Of a DNA stretch of 60,690 bases, positions 25,352-33,835 are shown piece by piece. The notes beneath the pieces were generated by a model. It searched no databases. It saw only the letters and a list, made by a program, of their open reading frames with translations, and was not told the origin of the DNA. Every line of letters begins with the position of its first letter. The stretch's first letter is position 1. This DNA comes from a virus. Taxonomy: Duplodnaviria; Caudoviricetes. The translations under genes and the position numbers were made by a program. The stretch lies in the IMG/VR virus record IMGVR_UViG_3300043676_000044, positions 1-60,690 of that record. One strand, written 5' to 3'.

Positions 25352-28300
25352 GCGACACGCTCGACGACGACCTCGACGCCCGCCGGGAGGAGGCGGCGGA
25401 TGCCGCACCCGCCCGCACGCCATGGAGTGGCGAGAATGTGCAGGACCAGCCCGGCGGCATCCCGGTCGCCACCTACGGTAATTACGGTGCTGACGAGGAC
25501 GGTGCAGCTGGTGGTGCTGCTCCTGGCCCTGGTCCTGGCCCTGGTGCTGGGCGTGCGGCCCCCCGTGACATAGCCCCGGCGCTGCGGGCGGCAGGCATAC
25601 CCGAGCGGCGCATCAAGAATATCGAGCGGCAGATCCGGGTGGGGGAGGCGATCCGCAACGCGACCCATCCGCCCAAGACCAAGGAGCCGCCCTGGGACCC
25701 GAGTTCCACTAAGCAGGCCGAGGGCAGCCCGAGCGTCTCGCTGGGGGCCGAGGAGCCGGAAGCCGAGCACACCTGGTACGGCGACTACGCCCATGAGATG
25801 TGGTCGCGCGCCAAAGGTATGGGGGCGAGCCTCGCGGGCGCGGCCGAGGGGGTGGCGCAGTCGGTCTCGGCCAGCCCCGAGCTGCAAACCTGGCTGCACG
25901 ACACTCGCACCTCCTGGGAGGAGTCGGCCAAGGCCGAGATCGAGAAGATGTCCCCGGAGCGGCAGAAGGCATACGCCTCGTCGTTCCTCCAGAAGGGCGC
26001 GCCGTCCCCGACCGGTGACATCCCCGGCTACCTGGCTTCGTCGGCCGTCAGCATGGTGCCCGATGCGCTGCTCATGGTGGCGGGCAAGATACCCTTCACC
26101 GCGCCCATCGTGATGGGGATCTTCGGCGGCATGTCCGCCGGGCAAGCCTATACAGACCTCTCCAAAAAGATCGGCGAGGCCAAGGAAAGCGACCTGCTCA
26201 ACAGCGATTTCTATCGCGAGCTGCGCAGCCAGGGGGCCAGCGACCAGGACGCCCGCAAGCAGTTGATCGGGCATATCGCGCCGATCCTGATGGGGGTTCA
26301 GTTCAGTATCGGTGCCGCCGGGTCGGTGCTGCCGATCCAGGCGATCAAGGGCCAGGTCGGCGGTGCCGTCGCACGCGGCGCGCTGGGCCGGTTCGGTCTT
26401 GGCGCACTGGAGGCCGGGTCGGGCGGGGCGGCGGCGGGGGCCGCGAGCAGCACCGCCCAGCAGGTCGCGAACATCCAGGCCGGGACGCAGAAGGATCTCG
26501 ACCAGGGGGACGTGCTGCGCACGGCCGCAGGGTGGGGTGTTCCCGGCGCGGTCTTCGGTGGCGTCGGCCATGCCGTGGCCGGTGAGCGGCCCGCACCCAC
26601 ACCCAAGGTCCGGGAGCCGATCGTCGACCCGGCGATCAAGGCCGCAGCCGAGGAGCAGATCGGCGGCAAGCCCGAGGAGACACCGCCCCCGCCGCCATCC
26701 GGCGCCGAGTTGGCCCCGCCCCCGATCGCGGGGGGCGGGCTGCCCACGGCAGGCAGTGCGTTGCCTGGCACGGGCACGCCGCCCACGGCCGGCGCGGAAG
26801 CAGCACCCCCGCCCCCACCCGGTGGTGGACCGCCTCCCACAGCTGGCGCGGAAGCAGCACCGCCTCCAGGCGCCGGGCCGCCGCCAGGTGGCGGGGCGGG
26901 CATCACCCCGCCCGGCACGCCGCGACCCCCTGTCGTCGGCACGCCGCCAACTACCGTAGGCGCAACACCTCCCCCGGCGCCTCCGGCGCCGACCGCCGAG
27001 GCGGCGGCTCCCCCCAAGGCACCCGAGGTTCCGGCGATCGGCGCGCTCAAGCCGGTCGAGGCTATGAGCAAGGCCGAGCTGGCGGCGGAGCTGGGCTACA
27101 CCACCAACAAGGCGCGTAAGATCAGCTTGCCCAAGCTACGCGAGACGGTGGCGGCTGCCAGGTCCAAGCCGTCGGCGGCGCCCGAGGTCACGGTCGCGCA
27201 GCCTACGGCCGAGGCGCCTGCCGCACCCGCGGCGCCACCGGAAGCCAAGCCTGCCCCTGCTGCTGAACCCGCCGCCACAGCCGAGCCAACTACCGGTAGT
27301 CAGCCCGAGGCGGAGATTTTCCAGCCAACAAGTAAGCCTCCTGGCAAGCTTGCAAGCCAGCAAGAAAGCCCGACCGAGACCGTGGCGGCGCATACCGCCG
27401 AAGCGGAGGCGCCCGCCCCGCCCGCGCCCGAGATGACGAAGGTCGCCGGCGTCACCGACAAGGCCGAGGTGGTCAAGGCGGAACCCAAGGCGGAGGCGAA
27501 ACCGCCCGAGGCTAAGGTCGCGGCCGCACCGGCTGAGCCGGCCAAGCCAACTACCGTAGGCGAGGATCTCAGGGCCAAGGCCGCGGCCAAGCGTGCCGCC
27601 CAGAAGGCTAGGATGGCCGAGACCGGACCACGCCAGAAAGCCGAGGGGGCGGCGGTCGCGGAGGAAGCGGCGGCGCCTCAGGAAGCCGCGCCCGCCGTCG
27701 ACCATGCCGCCGTGGCGCGCGAGCATATGGGCAAGGCCGGTCGCGCCGAGGGGCTGAAGCCTGCCCATATCGAGGCGCTGCAGAACGGGCTCGACCGGGC
27801 GCTCAAGGGCGCCGAGACGGAGCAGGAAGTCCTGGAGCGGATGGGGCAGTGGGGCGAGAAGGGCACGCTGCCGGTCCCCGGAACGAAAATCACGCGCGCC
27901 CATGTCGTCGACAAGGCGATGCAGCTGATGGGCCACAAGAGGGGCCTGGCGTCGCGCGAGGCCGCGCGCCAGAAGGTGGCCGACCGGCGCGAGGTGCTCG
28001 CCGAGGCGCGCACCGATGACCGCCCCAGCAAGGCCGGCGGCGATGTCGAGGACAAGCTGGCCGAGACCGGTGGGCGCTACGACGAGAGCGAGGCCAGGCA
28101 GGAGGTCGCGCGCGAGCAGACCTCCGATGAGCGCGCCCACGAGTTGTCCGACGTGCTGCACGAAACCGGTGACACGGAGCCGTCCGAGGGGGTCGCCGGC
28201 TACGCGGGCGGCAAGGGCTACGCGGAGACGCGCGACCTCGCCAAGAAGGGGAACCGGCTGGTCAACGAGGTGATCGCCGGGGAGAAGACCGTCCACGAGG

Positions 28301-31300
28301 CCAGCGATGCGTTCGGTGAGAAGAAAGCGGAGGGGCGACCGCGCCGCTGGAAAGACCTCGAGCATTTCATCCGCGACCGCAAGACGCTGGCGGAGAGCAC
28401 CGAGCATTTCGACAAGCTGGTGGAACTCGGCAACGAGCGCACCGAGCTGCGCCGCCAGGAAGGCAAGCGCGACGAAACAAAGGGCGACACGGCGAAACGC
28501 AAGTCGCGGCTGGCCGAGATCGAGAAGGAGATGAACCGCCTGGTCAAGGCGGGTGACCCGAACCTCGTCGAGCATCTCGACAGGATGTTGGAAGATCTGA
28601 AACAGGGTCCGCCGCTGGAAGCGCATCTGTCGAAGGCGCGGGAGCGCCCCGAAGGGGCGGCGGAGGGCGAGGAGGCGGGCGATAAGATCGCGCGCGATGT
28701 GCGCGACCACGCACTCAACGAACGCATCCGCCAGCACATCGCGGAGGTCGAAGGGTTGGGCGAGGGCCGTTACGCCAGGCTGCACGACCTGCTCGACAGG
28801 ATCATCAAGGCCAAGGATCTGCCCGCGCACCTGGAGCACTATCGCGAACTGGCCAAGATCCTGCGCAAGAAGTCTCCCGATATCCCGGTGATGTCGCGTG
28901 AGGAGCACGAGCTTACCCATCTCAGTAACTGGAAGATGCCGTCCGACGCCGCCGGGGCGATGGTGCTGGGTAAGAACAACAACGTCTCCCACATCGTGCT
29001 CGACCACGCCAAGCTGGGGGTCCGTTCCGCGGCCGGGCATTTCGAGACGCTGCTGCACGAGGGGGCGCACACGCTGACCTCGGCCTATATCCGTGACCTC
29101 AAGCCCGGCGACCGCGACTACAAGGTCCTGAGTGAGATCTATCGCGAGCTGGGGCGGCTGAACAAGGAGGCGCCGCAGGAGGTCCATGGTTTCGTGGGCA
29201 GGATCGACACCGGTGCAGCCAACTACGCGCTGCACAACCTGCAAGAACTGCACACGATGCTGATGACCTCGCCCTCATTGCATGCTTGGGCGCGGGCGCA
29301 GGTACCAAGTGCGAAATTCACCCAGGCGATGGCCAGGCTGGGCTACCCCGTCGGTAAGGGGCCGGGGGCGGTCTGGCGCTCGTTCGTGGGCGTCATGAAG
29401 CGGGCGCTGGGTATCGGCAAGGACAGTCAACTACCGTCGTCATTCCTCGAACAGGTGATGAAGCCGCTATCCGATGTCGCCGAGCGGGGGGAGAAATACA
29501 GCAGGCAGTTCCCGACCCGCGAGCATGAGATTATCGGCGCGGGGGATGCAGGGTTTGCGCGCAAGGCCACGGAGCACGATGCGGAGACGGGGAAGTTCCA
29601 CGAAGCCTACGACAAGGCGCTGAACAAGCTCGACCCGCTCAGGGCCGGCGACAAGCTGCGCAGCGCAGCACTCCAGTGGTCCCCGCTCGACTCGGTGGTG
29701 GGGTGGAACAAGAAGCTGGTCGAGGGCGCGCTCAAGCGGGCCCATGATGCGGGGCGGCTGCTGGGGATCAAGAGCGGCCCGCTGGAGGCGTTCCGCGATG
29801 CGCAGCGTTCCGCCGGCCACGACGAGAAGAAGTTCCGCGACGACAACGCCGAACGGGTCGACGCGCTGCTGGGGCGGCTGGGGCACAAGGACAGCGAGCC
29901 GGTCGCGCAGTTGATGCACGATGTCAGCATGGCCGACGCGCAGCTGGGCCCTGGCGCCAAGAACACCCACCTCAAGGGCGACGACCTCAAGCGCGCCGAG
30001 GCGTTGCAGGCGCGGTTCGACAAGCTGAGCCCGAGCCAGAAGGCGACCTATGTCGAGCTGCGCGACCTGCGCCGCGACTGGTACCGCGAGGAACGCGATG
30101 CGCGGCTGCACAACCTGCTGTCACAGTTCGTGCCCGACCTGACGCAGGCGCAGCGCGATGCGCTGGTCGAGACGATGCGCAGCAAGAAGGGCATCGAGGA
30201 GACCATTAAGGGTGAGAGCGGTAGCGAGGCTGCCAAGGCGCTGGGCACGGCATGGGAGGGCAACCGCCGCTTCGTGAAGATGGTGGCCCAGGTGCACCGT
30301 CTCGGACACATCTCGGGCGATTATTTCCCGCTGCGCCGCGACGGCAAGTACGTCGTGCGCTACGGCGACAAGGGGGATAAAGAGAGTTACGGCGTCGAGA
30401 TGTTCGAGCGCCGGGGCGAGGCCGAGGCACGCCGTGCCGAGTTGGCCGCGCAGGGTCACGAGGTCGCGCAGGTTATGCTGCGGCGCGAGACCCACCTTGA
30501 CGATATTAGCCCCGACAGCGACCTGATCCGGCAGTTCGAGAGCCGCATCCAGGCGGACAAGGAGCTGAGCCCGCACGCGGCGGACATCAGGGACGAGCTG
30601 AAGAATATCCTGCTGGAAAGTGCCACCGCGTCGGAGAAGGCACGCACCGCCATGCGGCGCGAGCGGGTAGCCGGGGCGCGGATCGACCCGAAGCGGGACC
30701 TGGCGGCGGACTATATCCGCACCGGGGCGAGCATCGCCAACGCCCGGCATGGCGCGCAGCGGCGCATGGCGCTCGGCGATATGAAGATGCTGATCAAGGA
30801 CGCATCCAACTACGGTAAGCCGGGCGAGGCCATCACCATGCAGCAGGTGGTGGGCGAGTTGGAGAAGCGGGTCGCGACCATCGGCGACCACAACGATTTC
30901 GCCGACAAGGTCGGCCATGTCGCGACCCAGCTCTCCTTCGCCAAGACCCTGCTCTCGCCGGTGCACGCGCTCTACAACACGCTGGACATCCAGGCTACGG
31001 CGCACTCGCATCTCGGCGCGCGGCACGGCTACGCCCACGCCGTGGGTGCGGTGACCAGGGTGATGAAGCAATTGGGTCCCGGCATGACCGGCAAAGCAAT
31101 AACCGGCAGCCTGTCTAATCTTGGCAAGGGGCTGAAGGCCAAGGACTGGAACCTCTCGACCTACGCGCAGGACCGTCTGGTCAAGTCGGGCGCCGACGCG
31201 GGCCAGATGAAGACCCTGTTCGACGCCGCCAACCATGCCGGCCTGCTCGATCATACCGAGACGACCGACATCAAGCGCATGTCGAAGGGGGTGGGCGGCA

Positions 31301-32520
31301 ACCTCGCCACCAAGACCTGGACCCGGTTCCAGCAGATGATCACGTTTGGGGTCCACGCCGTCGACGAAATGAACAAGGCGGCGGTGCTGAAATCGGCGTT
31401 CGACCTGGAGATGAAGAAGAACGGCGGCAACGTCGAGGGGGCAACCAAATACGCCGTCGAGGCACTAAGCAAGTCGACACCCAACCGTGCGGTCTACGGC
31501 AAGGCACGGATCGCCACGCGGCAGGGATCGCTGGGCGCGCTCGCGCCGATGGCGATGCAGTTCCGCCAGTACGGGTTGTGGATGTATGGGATGATGGCGG
31601 TCGAGGCCAGGAATATGATCCACGCCGGGACCAAGGCCGAGCGCCGCGAGGCGATGAAGGCGTTCGCCGGCGTGCTGTTCACGCATGGTCTGATGGCCGG
31701 GGCGCTGGGCACGGCCGGGGTCGCGGAGGCGCTGCGCTACGGTGGCGGGCTCTATGACTGGGTGACCGGTGCCGAGCGTCCACATGATTACGCGAATAAT
31801 GTTCGTGCTTTCCTCTCCGACACGTTCGGCCCGAGGATTGGCGAGATGATCGCCCACGGACTGCCGACGATGGCGGGCATGGACATCCACCGCAACATCG
31901 GGACCGGAGACATGCTCAACGTCCCCAGCATCGACAGTTTCAAGTCATCGGCTTTCGCCACGGCGTTCGCCTCCGCGGTGTTCGGCGCTTCCGGCGACAA
32001 TTTCGTGAACGCGCTGGGTGGGGTAGGGCAGCTGTTCCAGGGCAATGTCGGCGCGGCGCTCAAGACCGTTGCCCCGCGACCCCTGGTCGATGCAGGCCAG
32101 GCTTACAAGTTCGCGACCGCGGGGGTGACCGACAGCAAAGGGAAAACGATCCTTCCTGCCGACAAGCTCTCGCCGCTCGACATCGCCTACAAAGCGGTGG
32201 GGTTGAACCCCTCGCGGGTCAGCGAGGTCCGCGCCTCGCGCAACGCTATACTGGAGGCGAAGCAGGAAGCGCAGCACGCCCGCACCACGGCGATCCAGAG
32301 CTGGCTGTCGGACATGGACAAGCAACATGCGGCGGACGCGACCCAGGCGGTGCGGAAATACAACGACACGCACCCCAGCAATAAAATCACGGTGGGCCAG
32401 CTGCTGCAGGCACGCAAGGCCGCGAAGGATGCGGAGAAGCACCCCGAGCGGCTGGGGCTCAACCTGCCGAAGAAAGGGGCGCGCGCGATGGTCGAGGCTG
32501 GAAGGTTCGGGAATTTCTGA
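25348..32520 (+). CDS. Giant (2390 aa) internal virion/polyvalent protein with PLxRFG-like domain and HExxH zincin motif
   Basis: YFPLRRDGKYVV; ETLLHEGAHTLT..LQELHT; Pro-rich linker. Confidence 0.8.
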   Translation: MSDTLDDDLDARREEAADAAPARTPWSGENVQDQPGGIPVATYGNYGADEDGAAGGAAPGPGPGPGAGRAAPRDIAPALRAAGIPERRIKNIERQIRVGEAIRNATHPPKTKEPPWDPSSTKQAEGSPSVSLGAEEPEAEHTWYGDYAHEMWSRAKGMGASLAGAAEGVAQSVSASPELQTWLHDTRTSWEESAKAEIEKMSPERQKAYASSFLQKGAPSPTGDIPGYLASSAVSMVPDALLMVAGKIPFTAPIVMGIFGGMSAGQAYTDLSKKIGEAKESDLLNSDFYRELRSQGASDQDARKQLIGHIAPILMGVQFSIGAAGSVLPIQAIKGQVGGAVARGALGRFGLGALEAGSGGAAAGAASSTAQQVANIQAGTQKDLDQGDVLRTAAGWGVPGAVFGGVGHAVAGERPAPTPKVREPIVDPAIKAAAEEQIGGKPEETPPPPPSGAELAPPPIAGGGLPTAGSALPGTGTPPTAGAEAAPPPPPGGGPPPTAGAEAAPPPGAGPPPGGGAGITPPGTPRPPVVGTPPTTVGATPPPAPPAPTAEAAAPPKAPEVPAIGALKPVEAMSKAELAAELGYTTNKARKISLPKLRETVAAARSKPSAAPEVTVAQPTAEAPAAPAAPPEAKPAPAAEPAATAEPTTGSQPEAEIFQPTSKPPGKLASQQESPTETVAAHTAEAEAPAPPAPEMTKVAGVTDKAEVVKAEPKAEAKPPEAKVAAAPAEPAKPTTVGEDLRAKAAAKRAAQKARMAETGPRQKAEGAAVAEEAAAPQEAAPAVDHAAVAREHMGKAGRAEGLKPAHIEALQNGLDRALKGAETEQEVLERMGQWGEKGTLPVPGTKITRAHVVDKAMQLMGHKRGLASREAARQKVADRREVLAEARTDDRPSKAGGDVEDKLAETGGRYDESEARQEVAREQTSDERAHELSDVLHETGDTEPSEGVAGYAGGKGYAETRDLAKKGNRLVNEVIAGEKTVHEASDAFGEKKAEGRPRRWKDLEHFIRDRKTLAESTEHFDKLVELGNERTELRRQEGKRDETKGDTAKRKSRLAEIEKEMNRLVKAGDPNLVEHLDRMLEDLKQGPPLEAHLSKARERPEGAAEGEEAGDKIARDVRDHALNERIRQHIAEVEGLGEGRYARLHDLLDRIIKAKDLPAHLEHYRELAKILRKKSPDIPVMSREEHELTHLSNWKMPSDAAGAMVLGKNNNVSHIVLDHAKLGVRSAAGHFETLLHEGAHTLTSAYIRDLKPGDRDYKVLSEIYRELGRLNKEAPQEVHGFVGRIDTGAANYALHNLQELHTMLMTSPSLHAWARAQVPSAKFTQAMARLGYPVGKGPGAVWRSFVGVMKRALGIGKDSQLPSSFLEQVMKPLSDVAERGEKYSRQFPTREHEIIGAGDAGFARKATEHDAETGKFHEAYDKALNKLDPLRAGDKLRSAALQWSPLDSVVGWNKKLVEGALKRAHDAGRLLGIKSGPLEAFRDAQRSAGHDEKKFRDDNAERVDALLGRLGHKDSEPVAQLMHDVSMADAQLGPGAKNTHLKGDDLKRAEALQARFDKLSPSQKATYVELRDLRRDWYREERDARLHNLLSQFVPDLTQAQRDALVETMRSKKGIEETIKGESGSEAAKALGTAWEGNRRFVKMVAQVHRLGHISGDYFPLRRDGKYVVRYGDKGDKESYGVEMFERRGEAEARRAELAAQGHEVAQVMLRRETHLDDISPDSDLIRQFESRIQADKELSPHAADIRDELKNILLESATASEKARTAMRRERVAGARIDPKRDLAADYIRTGASIANARHGAQRRMALGDMKMLIKDASNYGKPGEAITMQQVVGELEKRVATIGDHNDFADKVGHVATQLSFAKTLLSPVHALYNTLDIQATAHSHLGARHGYAHAVGAVTRVMKQLGPGMTGKAITGSLSNLGKGLKAKDWNLSTYAQDRLVKSGADAGQMKTLFDAANHAGLLDHTETTDIKRMSKGVGGNLATKTWTRFQQMITFGVHAVDEMNKAAVLKSAFDLEMKKNGGNVEGATKYAVEALSKSTPNRAVYGKARIATRQGSLGALAPMAMQFRQYGLWMYGMMAVEARNMIHAGTKAERREAMKAFAGVLFTHGLMAGALGTAGVAEALRYGGGLYDWVTGAERPHDYANNVRAFLSDTFGPRIGEMIAHGLPTMAGMDIHRNIGTGDMLNVPSIDSFKSSAFATAFASAVFGASGDNFVNALGGVGQLFQGNVGAALKTVAPRPLVDAGQAYKFATAGVTDSKGKTILPADKLSPLDIAYKAVGLNPSRVSEVRASRNAILEAKQEAQHARTTAIQSWLSDMDKQHAADATQAVRKYNDTHPSNKITVGQLLQARKAAKDAEKHPERLGLNLPKKGARAMVEAGRFGNF

Positions 32521-32774
32521 TGCCCAAAGACCCACTCGACTACCAGAAGAACCGGGCCTGGTACATCGCGCGGGAGACCAGCGAGGCGGGCAAGAACAAG
32601 CGCGTCGAGCGCGCCCAGGCCCGCACCAAGGCGGTTAAGTCGGGGATGCTTGCAAGCAAGCATGATCCCCGCGAGGTCGACCACAAGCGTCCCATGGACA
32701 AGGGCGGGGGCAACGGCAAGGGGAACCTGCAGGTGCTGTCACGCAAGGCCAATCGACGCAAATACGACCATTAG
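32520..32774 (+). CDS. Small HNH endonuclease
   Basis: EVDHKRPMDKGGGNGKGNLQVLSRKANR. Confidence 0.85.
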   Translation: MPKDPLDYQKNRAWYIARETSEAGKNKRVERAQARTKAVKSGMLASKHDPREVDHKRPMDKGGGNGKGNLQVLSRKANRRKYDH

Positions 32775-32858
32775 CTAAAACGGAGACGGCGGCCAGGATG
32801 ATCTGACCGCCGCCGATCCGCCCCCGGTAGGCGGGGCGGCAACCCGTGGAGGAATGCG

Positions 32859-32933
32859 ATGTGTACCCATCGCAGCCTTCGACCGTGGATAGTAGTGATC
32901 CTGCGTATCCGGATCAAGATTAGCCGCGGCTAG
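32859..32933 (+). CDS. 24-aa cationic/hydrophobic peptide (candidate type I toxin or leader peptide)
   Basis: GGAGGA RBS; MCTHRSLRPWIVVILRIRIKISRG; hairpins on both sides. Confidence 0.5.
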   Translation: MCTHRSLRPWIVVILRIRIKISRG

Positions 32934-33165
32934 AAGGCGGGGCAACCTCGAAAGGGGTTGCCTCACTCCCCGGAGACGCGCTGTACAAACAAACACGTCG
33001 GGAGGAAACGGAGATTTGGGAACGTGCCGCAATCTGTACACCCCCGCTAATCCGTCAGCTTCCCGCCCACCAACTCCGCGACCCAGCTGAACAGGCGCCC
33101 TACCAGCCATCCGGCCAGGAACCACCCGACAGAACACATCGACTGCCGTTGTTCCTTCAGTCTCG

Positions 33166-33828
33166 TCAGATAGCTTCAGCGGTTGCAATGACATAGGACC
33201 GCGACCAGTCGCCGTCCTGCACCGGCAAATGCTCGCTGAAAATCTCCAGCTCCTGCGGCAGGAAGTGCGCCTCGCGCACCATGTCGGCCAGCTCGTCCTC
33301 GTCGTAATGGACCGGCCCGCCCTCCTGGCCGTAGCCAACCGGCGGCTTGTCGGATTTCAGCACCATGCCGATCAGCAGGGTGCCGCTGGGCTTGAGCACG
33401 CGATGGATCTCGCGCAGCCCGGCGACGGGGTTGTTCCACCAGTAGATGGTGTTCATCGCGACCGCGCAGTCGAACTGCTCGGCGCGCAGCGGCATCAGCT
33501 CGACGGATGCGTGTATGGCTTCAAAGAGGTAGTCGAGGTGCTTGTTGCGCCGGCCACCGACGTGGTGGGCCTTGTTGAACTCCCGCACCAGGGTCTCGGA
33601 GATCTCGACCCCGAGATACCTGTCGAGCTGCCCCGCATCGTAGAGCTTGTGCGCCAGCGCCCCGCCGCCGAAGCCGATCTCGATCAGGTGCCGCGCACGA
33701 TAGCTGCTCAACATCGACACCGCCCGGTCCTGGACCTTGGCGTTTAACCAATCCATATAATCGGCCATGGCGACGCCAAGCCCGCCCTCGGGCTTCCTGG
33801 CGATCTCGGCAAGCGGGTGCAGGGCCAT
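33166..33828 (-). CDS. Class I SAM-dependent methyltransferase (not DNA-MTase type)
   Basis: LIEIGFGGG, GVEIS, FDCAVAMNTIYWW, EIHRVLKPSG. Confidence 0.88.
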   Translation of the reverse strand: MALHPLAEIARKPEGGLGVAMADYMDWLNAKVQDRAVSMLSSYRARHLIEIGFGGGALAHKLYDAGQLDRYLGVEISETLVREFNKAHHVGGRRNKHLDYLFEAIHASVELMPLRAEQFDCAVAMNTIYWWNNPVAGLREIHRVLKPSGTLLIGMVLKSDKPPVGYGQEGGPVHYDEDELADMVREAHFLPQELEIFSEHLPVQDGDWSRSYVIATAEAI

Positions 33829-33835
33829 GATATCC

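Noticed and set aside
26775-26870. Duplicated PPTAGAEAAPPP segment
   Set aside because: Ordinary slippage in a low-complexity Pro-rich linker
27136-29253. Long antisense ORFs (also 23777-25423, 35138-36508, 47698-49122 and others)
   Set aside because: Shadow frames expected in high-GC DNA opposite well-supported genes
33120-33175. Second hammerhead-like stretch on - (CTGACGA-GACTG..CAGTC-GATG)
   Set aside because: GAAA is replaced by GATG, stems I and III do not form convincingly, and the TGA is the methyltransferase stop
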